Assembly: GCF_000196355.1 (NCBI RefSeq)
Contig: NC_007614.1
Location: forward strand, 1,410,001-1,442,000
DNA length: 32,000 nt
Reading direction: 5' to 3'
From: Nitrosospira multiformis ATCC 25196
GTDB lineage: Bacteria > Pseudomonadota > Gammaproteobacteria > Burkholderiales > Nitrosomonadaceae
In this document: positions 20,388 through 27,430 of the stretch, in pieces
Numbering within the stretch: position 1 is the first letter of the stretch
Layout: every line of letters begins with the position of its first letter
Translations under genes and position numbers: made by a program
The notes under the pieces: generated by a model
Told to the model about the DNA's origin: nothing
Seen by the model: the letters and a program-made list of their open reading frames with translations, nothing else
The model's database searches: none

Positions 20388-23300
20388 TTAAAGCGGGCTG
20401 TATCTGACCGGTGAAAGAGAATCGCATTCATGGGTTCCAGCAAGATTCAGCAAATGTTTCCTTAAAGGATCCGACGGTTGAAGAGAGTTGAGGAGTTGAT
20501 CGATTTCATCCTGTTTTTTTGATCGGTAGTAACCCATCCTTTTCCCGTCATCCTGCCGATAATGCAGTTTTTCTCCAGTCGCGTAGACCCTCCAGGCTGC
20601 AAGGGGAATTTCCGCATTTTCCACGATTTCAAGTGCTTTTGTAATATGCGAATGTACTTCGTCCCAGCTCTCTTCTACTATCGCAATCTCGGCAAACAGG
20701 CGATGACTGAGTGCAAGGTAGGTGCGTTCAGAGGGACCGCTGGAAAGATCATATAAGCGCTGCGCATAGCGACGCGCCTTATCCAGTTTTCCCAGTGCGA
20801 GCCATGTTTCTCCCATTCCCAAGCAAGCAGGGAAGAAATAGTTGGAGAATATCGGGAGAGCATTATTCTTTTCCGCCTGAAAAAAAGCGTCAAAGCATCG
20901 AATGGCTCCCGCATAATCTTTTAGCCCGTGCAAGGCCTTTCCCAGGATTGCGGAACAATGAACCGAAACGAAGTCAGCCCAGGCACCGACGCCTTCTGAC
21001 AGCGCTTCCTCGCAATACGCTTTGGCACCCGAAAAATCGCCACTTACCACATGCAACCATCCCAGCAGGATGTGGCGATGCAACCGAAGCAGCAAGCCAG
21101 CGTCATGCCCCTCGAACGCGCGCCTGCTTTGCTCTGCGGTTTCGCGCAATCTGCCCCATTCACCCTTATGCAGCAGCGTTAATCCATAGTAATAATGGCC
21201 CGCGATGAACATGTAGCCATCTCCCATTACGCGTGATAACGCCAGAGCTTCGACTGCTGTCGTCGCAGCAGCCTGGTAATTCGAGGCAAGCAGTTCAACG
21301 TAAATATGCTGAGTCAAGCGCGAGTGAAGAGCCAGGGGATTTCCCGTTGCGCGCACCGCATCCATAGACTCGTGACAAGCGGCAGAATAATCCTCCCGCC
21401 ATGGCCGGAGCAACAGATTCAAGCCACCCCACATGCCCTTGACGATTGAATGAAAAACCTTGTCTTCAAGTGCTGTGGAAGCAGAGACCGCCTGCTCCGC
21501 AAACTCGAGACATTCAAGACGGTTCAACAAAACAAGGACGCGGCTCAATTCGAGGAGTCCCACCGCCTGTTCCCGGCTGTCTCCCAAAGCTTTGGCGGCT
21601 GCCAGCATTTTCTCCAGATCAGTTTTTGCTCCTGCCATATCGCCCATTGAGCGTCTTACCGCCGCTGATTGCTTGAGGAGGCTTATGCGTGTTTTCGCTT
21701 GTTGCTCATCAGGCAAGCGTTCTATCATTCGAACGGCGCGCGCCAGATAGTCATGTGCCTGCCGATTGGCAAAGCGCCTGGTGCTGTTGTCAGCCGCCTG
21801 CACGAGATAGCGGATGGCGCGAAGCCAATCCCATCCGTTTTCAAAATGCAGGGCGAGTTCCCCTGCATGCTCCACGTTTTGCTCGCCGTATGCCTTTTCA
21901 AGGTATTCTCCGATGCGAAGGTGCATTCGTATCGTTTCGGAGGGAGAAAGCCGTTGGTAGAAGACTTCGAGGTACAGGGCATGGCGGAATGCATAGTAGC
22001 CCGCGACAACTCCTTTCGTGCTTTGCTCCATTCCATCGGACACCAATATCTGGCCTCGTCTAACCAGGGCATTGCAGCAGCGGTCTGCTTCGGCGATCTC
22101 CATACCCAGAACACTGCAAAGCAGGTTCCCACTAAACCGCATTCCCGCGACACTCGCCACCGTCAGCACCCGTTGTTCATCATGGCTGAGCCGTTCGATT
22201 TCACGCTCGATGACGCGGCGGATCGTTTCCGGCAGCGCTGTATCGATTCCGATCTGCTGGGATAACGGTGACCATTGATGTTGCTCCATTAAATATTCGA
22301 TCAGATTGGATATGAACAAAGGATGTCCACCGGTTCTTATGAAAAGTGCCTGACTGATCGAATCGGGAATATTTATGCCTGGGCAACGTCGAGTGAGGTA
22401 ATGTTTGACTTCATTGCAGGAAAACGGCTCAAGGGCGACTTCAGAACAGATTCCTCGCAACTGCAAATCCCGGTGAACTTCTGTAACTGGGTGCACCCGC
22501 TGGCTTGCATCGATGGGGCGATAGGTGGCGAGCACCATCAAGTATGCTGGCACATGACGCTGCGCAAGCAAGCTTAAAAAATCAAGAGTCGCATGATCAC
22601 TCCAATGAAGATCCTCAAGCACGAGAATCAGGGGCACTTTGCTCAAGGTTTCCAGCAGTTCACAACCTTCCCGTACCATGCGTTCCCGGCTTGCGCCAAA
22701 AATCTCCTGCTGAAGCGCCACACGCTCCTCGGGGCGAAGCACGGACGGCAATTGCGCAAGCCAAACCGGTGCGTGACGATATAACAGTTCAACGAGTTTT
22801 CCCCCCCCTGGCGCATTGCAACGCTTTTCAATTGCCTCGATCATCGGGAGCAGGGCTTCACCCTGGCCAAAGCGCTCTATGCAGCGCATGCGCAAAACCC
22901 CCGGGCTTTGACTGGATATTGTGGAGAGAAACATCTCGATCAGCGTGCTCTTGCCGATTCCACTTTCCCCGGTAACAAAAACGATCTGGCGCGAACCCAC
23001 CAGTGATTTTTGCCAGATTGTCAGCAAGCGAGCTTGTGGAGACGGGCGGTCTATCCAATATGCGACCTTGTCAGAGCGCTGGTTTTTGGGGAAAACGGGG
23101 CAGATTACTTCTTCCACTTCCTCTGACGACTTGACTTCAGTAACCTGCGCGATGAAACGGTAGCCGCGTTTGGGAACGGTTAAAAGATAGGTGGGAGCGG
23201 AAACACTGTCTCCAAGAGCCCGCCGCACTTCGTTGATACATACTTTCAGCACTGCTTCTCCGACGAAGCGGCGCTGCCATACCGCGTCAAGCAACTCATC

Positions 23301-23450
23301 CTTGGTCACCAGGGTGCCAGCCCGCTCCGCCAGGTAACACAACATAGCGAAATTTTTCGGACGTAACGGTACTACTTGATCGTTGCGCCATAGGATGGCG
23401 TTGATCTTATCCAGCCTGAAAGGATGGAATTCCAAGTAAGTTGTCTGCAT
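20388..23450 (-). CDS. STAND-type signal-transducing regulator: N-terminal OmpR/PhoB-type winged-helix DNA-binding domain, AAA_16-like P-loop NTPase and C-terminal TPR-like helical repeats
   Basis: The wHTH is LRPKNFAMLCYLAERAGTLVTKDELLDAVW...VCINEVRRALGD...LLTVPKRGYRF. Walker A is VTGESGIGKST and Walker B is LILVLEDLHWSD. About 600 aa of helical repeats follow. ATG 23450 has AGGAG 7 nt upstream; track start TTG 23474 is unsupported. Confidence 0.85.
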   Translation of the reverse strand: MQTTYLEFHPFRLDKINAILWRNDQVVPLRPKNFAMLCYLAERAGTLVTKDELLDAVWQRRFVGEAVLKVCINEVRRALGDSVSAPTYLLTVPKRGYRFIAQVTEVKSSEEVEEVICPVFPKNQRSDKVAYWIDRPSPQARLLTIWQKSLVGSRQIVFVTGESGIGKSTLIEMFLSTISSQSPGVLRMRCIERFGQGEALLPMIEAIEKRCNAPGGGKLVELLYRHAPVWLAQLPSVLRPEERVALQQEIFGASRERMVREGCELLETLSKVPLILVLEDLHWSDHATLDFLSLLAQRHVPAYLMVLATYRPIDASQRVHPVTEVHRDLQLRGICSEVALEPFSCNEVKHYLTRRCPGINIPDSISQALFIRTGGHPLFISNLIEYLMEQHQWSPLSQQIGIDTALPETIRRVIEREIERLSHDEQRVLTVASVAGMRFSGNLLCSVLGMEIAEADRCCNALVRRGQILVSDGMEQSTKGVVAGYYAFRHALYLEVFYQRLSPSETIRMHLRIGEYLEKAYGEQNVEHAGELALHFENGWDWLRAIRYLVQAADNSTRRFANRQAHDYLARAVRMIERLPDEQQAKTRISLLKQSAAVRRSMGDMAGAKTDLEKMLAAAKALGDSREQAVGLLELSRVLVLLNRLECLEFAEQAVSASTALEDKVFHSIVKGMWGGLNLLLRPWREDYSAACHESMDAVRATGNPLALHSRLTQHIYVELLASNYQAAATTAVEALALSRVMGDGYMFIAGHYYYGLTLLHKGEWGRLRETAEQSRRAFEGHDAGLLLRLHRHILLGWLHVVSGDFSGAKAYCEEALSEGVGAWADFVSVHCSAILGKALHGLKDYAGAIRCFDAFFQAEKNNALPIFSNYFFPACLGMGETWLALGKLDKARRYAQRLYDLSSGPSERTYLALSHRLFAEIAIVEESWDEVHSHITKALEIVENAEIPLAAWRVYATGEKLHYRQDDGKRMGYYRSKKQDEIDQLLNSLQPSDPLRKHLLNLAGTHECDSLSPVRYSPL

Positions 23451-23510
23451 TCCATTGCTCCTGACACATCTCAAGTCTTATGGAGGAGGTTGAGAAAAAT
23501 AAGTTGAGCA

Positions 23511-23532
23511 ATATTTAACCGATATTTAACCG
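23511..23532. repeat. Perfect tandem direct repeat 2 x 11 bp (ATATTTAACCG ATATTTAACCG), followed by a degenerate third unit
   Basis: Read directly from the sequence. It lies 61-82 nt upstream of the regulator ATG (23450) in the divergent intergenic region. The 11-bp period equals one helical turn, as in OmpR/PhoB-type sites. Confidence 0.6.
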
Positions 23533-23857
23533 AATTTTTATGATTTTTCCTTTCAATTCCACGATCCTAGCTCGGATGATCAAGAGAAGCGGTGATGAAG
23601 AAAGCAAACTTGATAGACATGGCCCGCCTGAGTGGGCCACCTGAAAGAGGGTCAGCTCGAGAGGCTGCTTTTCACCTCGCGTCAGACGGGTTCGATACGT
23701 CTGCCGCGGGTTGCAGCGTTGCTTGTTTTGTTATCCATAATCAATAACTGCGTCAGAGCAGGGCCTGCGAATGCTGCCTGTTTTTCTATCGGGATGGCAT
23801 TCTAAAGCTCATACTCAAGCTTTACATTTTATCAATTGTTAGGAAGAAGAGGGAAAT

Positions 23858-24367
23858 ATGAAGATGTGGAAAGGAATGCCGGTTTTATTCGCTTCGACTG
23901 TACTGACTGCTTGTGCCACCATCATGGGGAACAGTGCTCATGAAACTCTGAATGTTCGAAGTGCACCTGATCAGGCAACTGTCGTGATTGTGGATGAATC
24001 CGGCACCAAAATATTCGAGGGCAAAACGCCTACCTCCTTGCCCCTCGAGAAGAAAAAGGGTTATTTCAGCGGTAAAAAGTACTCAGTAAACATAAAAAAA
24101 GAAGGGTTTGCAGAACAAAACGTTACTGTGGATACAAGGGTTAACGGCTGGTATGTGGCAGGCAATCTGGTATTTGGAGGAGTTATTGGCTGGCTCATCG
24201 TTGATCCTGCAACGGGAGCCATGTGGAAACTGGATACGAATGAAATAGATGTCACCTTGCAAGGCTCAAAGCGGGCTAGAGCAGTTGAGCCAAACACCGC
24301 CCGCATTGTTCTTCTGGAAGATGTTCCCCCCTCCTTGCGTAGCAGGATGGTTAGAGTCTCTCAATAA
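23858..24367 (+). CDS. Lipoprotein with PEGA-like beta-sandwich domain and C-terminal hydrophobic GG-rich segment
   Basis: The signal peptide has lipobox MKMWKGMPVLFASTVLTAC. The PEGA-like segment is LNVRSAPDQATVVIVDESGTKIFEGKTPTSLPL...YSVNIKKEGFAEQNVTV. The C-terminal segment is GWYVAGNLVFGGVIGWLIVDPATGAMWKL. An SD (GAGGG) precedes the ATG. Confidence 0.75.
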   Translation: MKMWKGMPVLFASTVLTACATIMGNSAHETLNVRSAPDQATVVIVDESGTKIFEGKTPTSLPLEKKKGYFSGKKYSVNIKKEGFAEQNVTVDTRVNGWYVAGNLVFGGVIGWLIVDPATGAMWKLDTNEIDVTLQGSKRARAVEPNTARIVLLEDVPPSLRSRMVRVSQ

Positions 24368-24386
24368 TAAGTTGCGGGGAAGATAG

Positions 24387-24429
24387 AAATTCCGGCAATT
24401 ATCATCCGGTCTAATGATTGCCGGAAATT
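24387..24429. terminator. Hairpin downstream of the lipoprotein gene (TTCCGGCAA...TTGCCGGAA, 9 bp plus 4 bp with bulge), no clear U-tract
   Basis: The arms at 24390-24398 and 24418-24426 were read directly, with an inner TCAT/ATGA extension. Confidence 0.3.
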
Positions 24430-24765
24430 AAAACAGAAAAATAATCGATCGGACAATGAGCTCAACCGTGTGGGACAGGCGTTCATTTTATTGATCCCGT
24501 CATATGTTAAAGCCGGAAGCGCCGAGCAGAACGCAAAAGATTTGCAGATCAATGAGCCCGCTTTAAGGCTGTATTAATAAAATTTTGTGCATGACGGAAC
24601 AGCAGCGTAATGAAGAGCTGTAAGTAGCCTCATCGCCTGCTCTTCTCAATATAAATACATATGCAGATTATCTAAGATGCCATTCGAACGCCGACGAATA
24701 GGCTTTAGCATTTAACGATCGGCGTAAGTAACAAGAGGGAAAATTTAATTTTTTGGAGGAAAATA

Positions 24766-24792
24766 ATGAATGTAACAACAAAATCTCTAATC
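24766..24792 (+). pseudogene. Severed 5' end (start codon plus first 9 codons, MNVTTKSLI) of the PEP-CTERM protein gene
   Basis: GGAGGA lies 5 nt upstream of ATG 24766. Joining 24766-24792 to 26023 onward restores an in-frame signal peptide, MNVTTKSLIAAMIFGGSAATADA/SS. In the present sequence the frame runs into the IS and stops after about 34 codons. Confidence 0.8.
24786..24792. repeat. Target-site duplication TCTAATC (left copy)
   Basis: An identical 7-mer directly abuts both IS ends (24786-24792 and 26016-26022). Confidence 0.85.
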
Positions 24793-24820
24793 TGTAGTAG
24801 TCGCGATCCCATCAGACAGT
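24793..24820. repeat. IS terminal inverted repeat (transposase 3' side)
   Basis: TGTAGTAGTCGCGATCCCATCAGACAGT compares with the reverse complement of the other end, TGTAGTAGTTCAGATTTAATCTGACAGT. Confidence 0.8.
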
Positions 24821-24855
24821 TTCCCGATTTGACTGGTGCAGTTGTCAGATCAGAT

Positions 24856-25899
24856 TCAACTGTTCAGTAATGTGATTTTATCGTTCCACACCTCCTTTCC
24901 GTCAATTAATGTTTGCATGGGTGTTCGCCCGCAGCACATCTTGCCCTGATGAGTGCGGTCGTGATTGTAGTAGTGCAGCCAGTCATCCAGGTCAATTTGC
25001 AACTCCTCGATTGATCGGTATATCTTGCGCCGGAACGCGACCTGGTAGAACTCTTGCAGGATCGTCTTGTGAAAGCGCTCACAGATGCCGTTGGTCTGCG
25101 GATGATTGGCTTTGGTGCGAGTATGTTCAATATCATTGAGCGCCAGATAGAGCTGATAATCGTGAGTCTCTGGCTTGCCGCAATATTCAGTGCCTCGGTC
25201 GGTCAGAATTCGGATCAGGCCCATGTCCTGTTCTGCAAAGAAGGGTAGTACCCGATCGTTGAGCAAATCCGCGCCTGTAATCGGCGTTTTGGTCGTATAG
25301 AGCTTGGCTGTGGCCCACTTGGAGTAGGTGTCGACGAAGGTCTGCTGATAAATACGACCCACGCCCTTGATCGTGCCCACATAGAAGGTATCCTGACTGC
25401 CAAGGTAGCCTGAATGGGCGGTTTCCACCTCCCCATGGGCGACATCGTCGTCCTGCTTCTTCTCCAGGGCACTAACCTGCGCTTCGGTCAGCACTTCTCC
25501 AGTCTGCGCGATATGACATTCCAGTGCCGCCAACCGCTTCTTGAATGATTCCAGGTCCCTGCGCAGCCAGACAGAGCGAACGCCTGAAGGAGAAATGAAG
25601 ATGCCGCGTTTGCGTAACTCGTTGGAAACGCGCACTTGCCCGAATGCAGGCTGCTCAAGGGCAAATGCAGCTACCGCCATCTCGACTGCTTCTTCAACTC
25701 TATTCTTGGGATTGGGCTTCCTTCGATTGGCATCAATCAGGGCATCGATACCACCATTTTCCATCGCTGACTGATACCGATAGAAGGTATCCCGGGAAAA
25801 GCCCATCACCTTGCAGGCACGCGATACATTGCCAAGCTCGGCTGCCAGATTAAGCAGCCCTACCTTGTGCTTAATAACATTTTGTTGAACACTACTCAT
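24856..25899 (-). CDS. IS481-family transposase (HTH plus rve/DDE integrase core)
   Basis: 347 aa. The N-terminal HTH is LGNVSRACKVMGFSRDTFYRYQ. The DDE triad context is GSQDTFYVG, ILTDRGTEY and HPQTNGICERFHKT. AAGGAG lies 7 nt upstream of the ATG. Confidence 0.92.
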   Translation of the reverse strand: MSSVQQNVIKHKVGLLNLAAELGNVSRACKVMGFSRDTFYRYQSAMENGGIDALIDANRRKPNPKNRVEEAVEMAVAAFALEQPAFGQVRVSNELRKRGIFISPSGVRSVWLRRDLESFKKRLAALECHIAQTGEVLTEAQVSALEKKQDDDVAHGEVETAHSGYLGSQDTFYVGTIKGVGRIYQQTFVDTYSKWATAKLYTTKTPITGADLLNDRVLPFFAEQDMGLIRILTDRGTEYCGKPETHDYQLYLALNDIEHTRTKANHPQTNGICERFHKTILQEFYQVAFRRKIYRSIEELQIDLDDWLHYYNHDRTHQGKMCCGRTPMQTLIDGKEVWNDKITLLNS

Positions 25900-25987
25900 G
25901 GGGTTACTCCTTTGCGCTTTCAGCGCTCAATTTGATAAAGATTCGCACCTCTATCAAACCGGGTAACCCCGCTTTTCGCAAGGCCCT

Positions 25988-26015
25988 ACTGTCAGATTAA
26001 ATCTGAACTACTACA
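25988..26015. repeat. IS terminal inverted repeat (transposase 5' side)
   Basis: The sequence is ACTGTCAGATTAAATCTGAACTACTACA. See the partner repeat at 24793-24820. Confidence 0.8.
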
Positions 26016-26022
26016 TCTAATC
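26016..26022. repeat. Target-site duplication TCTAATC (right copy)
   Basis: See the left copy at 24786-24792. Confidence 0.85.
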
Positions 26023-26028
26023 GCTGCT

Positions 26029-26673
26029 ATGATTTTTGGAGGATCGGCTGCTACAGCAGACGCCTCTTCCGTCATTACCGGAGTTACAGCAAGCGGACCA
26101 GGCTTGGGGTCATTTTCTTTTAGTGAATTAGGTTCGTCAGCAGTTTTGAATTTTTCAACGACGTTTTCAAGTGTTAATCCCATCACTCTCAAGTTCACGG
26201 TTGCTCACGAAGATGGTACTGGTGTTAGTGTCCCTTACCATATATACGACGCGATCAAGAATAATACGCCGGAAGCTTTTTCAAGCTTTCACTTGCACAT
26301 CAATGAGTCATCAAGCGCTCCAAGGGATGGTGTAGTCTTTACCAGCTTTAACTCGGCTGATGATTTTTTCGCACCCGATTTCACTCCCAGCTTCACACTC
26401 GATTCTTCATCAATAAATCAACCTGCGCTTTTTGAACCGACTGGCCCCCGAGATCTTAACTTCACGGGAGAGCTGAAAGCTGGGGAAACTGCGATTCAGT
26501 CATATTACAGTCTTGACTTGCCCGATCCTGGTGTTGGGAACACATATACATTTTCCCTGACCCAGACTCCTGTGGCTGGAGTAGTTCCAGAACCGGAGAC
26601 CTACGCAATGTTCCTGGCAGGTCTTGGCCTGATGGGCTTTATGGCACGCCGAAAACAAAAACAATCAGCGTGA
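26029..26673 (+). CDS. PEP-CTERM sorting-domain protein, 5' end removed by the IS insertion (probable pseudogene; the remaining ORF starts at an internal Met)
   Basis: The C-terminus VPEPETYAMFLAGLGLMGFMARRKQKQSA is a classical PEP-CTERM motif plus TM plus basic tail. The remaining N-terminus MIFGGSAATADA is only the back half of the signal peptide. Confidence 0.85.
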   Translation: MIFGGSAATADASSVITGVTASGPGLGSFSFSELGSSAVLNFSTTFSSVNPITLKFTVAHEDGTGVSVPYHIYDAIKNNTPEAFSSFHLHINESSSAPRDGVVFTSFNSADDFFAPDFTPSFTLDSSSINQPALFEPTGPRDLNFTGELKAGETAIQSYYSLDLPDPGVGNTYTFSLTQTPVAGVVPEPETYAMFLAGLGLMGFMARRKQKQSA

Positions 26674-26681
26674 GTAGTGAG

Positions 26682-26707
26682 AAAACCCGCACTAAGCGGG
26701 TTTTTTA
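26682..26707. terminator. Rho-independent terminator, usable on both strands
   Basis: AAAACCCGC-ACTAA-GCGGGTTTT is followed by a T-run on the + strand (TTTTTT). On the - strand the same hairpin is followed by TTTTCTC. It lies between the convergent PEP-CTERM and secreted-protein genes. Confidence 0.85.
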
Positions 26708-26830
26708 TATGCCAGAACCTTCGACGAGGGGCAGCGAGGATTTCCGGAATTCCCGGGACATAGTAAGTATTCATCCGCCGCCGGGAACCTGGGCAGAATT
26801 CCTCTTTCACTGTTATCCCCGTTCAGCGGT

Positions 26831-27328
26831 TCAGTATGAAACCGTTCCATCAATTTCAATTTTCCCTTTCCCGGTCGCGATATCCTGATCTCCTTTCAAT
26901 TCCGCAATTCCCCTTGCTCCGCTAAAACGCCCTGTTCCGCTGCTTATTTCAAATTTCGCATCCCTCAGGTTGTACCTGGATTGATCATCGGCCGGTACAA
27001 ATGCACCTTTGTACAAGCCGGTAACGGTATCGCCGTTTGCCATCGTCAAGGTGAACGTGCCCTCGAAAATAAAGTGATCCTCCATGGGGGTAATGCAGTC
27101 GATCGCCTTGAGCGAAACCTTGCCCATGTGGGTACTTTTGCCGATACCTGTAGTGGTACCACCGAATTTGGAAGGACAATCCGCTCTGAATCCAGGCTGT
27201 TCATGGGTCTCTACGCTTGCCTTGAGCGGCCTGCTGGTTGAATCGGCCAGCAACACCGTCGGCAGCATGAGGATTGCAGACAGAATTGCAGAAATGATGT
27301 TGCGCGTTAAAGCTTGAAGAATTACCAC
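26831..27328 (-). CDS. Small secreted protein of unknown function (beta-rich, two Cys)
   Basis: GTG start with AGGAG 8 nt upstream. The signal peptide is MVILQALTRNIISAILSAILMLPTVLLADS. The mature part is FIFEGTFTLTMANGDTVTGLYKGAF...FEISSGTGRFSGARGIAELKG. No family was recognised with confidence. Confidence 0.7.
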   Translation of the reverse strand: MVILQALTRNIISAILSAILMLPTVLLADSTSRPLKASVETHEQPGFRADCPSKFGGTTTGIGKSTHMGKVSLKAIDCITPMEDHFIFEGTFTLTMANGDTVTGLYKGAFVPADDQSRYNLRDAKFEISSGTGRFSGARGIAELKGDQDIATGKGKIEIDGTVSY

Positions 27329-27430
27329 AGGTCATACTCCTAGTAGATATTGAAAACACTCATTCAAATGAAACTGACAGGGTTAGCCCGCATTCTTCTC
27401 AGCGAGAAAGAAAGATTCCCGCTGCCGTTG

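Larger units (their letters stand above)
24793..26015 (-). mobile_element. IS481-family insertion sequence, 1223 bp, apparently intact
   Basis: Terminal inverted repeats start TGTAGTAGT...ACTACTACA and match at 21 of 28 positions (24793-24820 versus 25988-26015). There is a single DDE transposase ORF and a perfect 7-bp TSD. Confidence 0.88.

Noticed and set aside
20388-23450. Interpretation of the STAND/TPR protein as an Avs/NLR-like antiphage defence gene
   Set aside because: The N-terminal domain is a DNA-binding winged helix rather than a nuclease, protease, TIR or Sir2 effector, and no other defence genes are adjacent. A transcription-factor role is more parsimonious, so this is kept only as an alternative to test.
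23595-23747. 50-codon ORF (MKKANLIDMARLSGPPERGSAREAAFHLASDGFDTSAAGCSVACFVIHNQ) in the GC-rich island of the regulator/lipoprotein intergenic region
   Set aside because: It has no convincing SD and no recognisable motif, and it is below typical gene-calling thresholds. It could be a remnant or a structured RNA region, so it is not reported as a gene.
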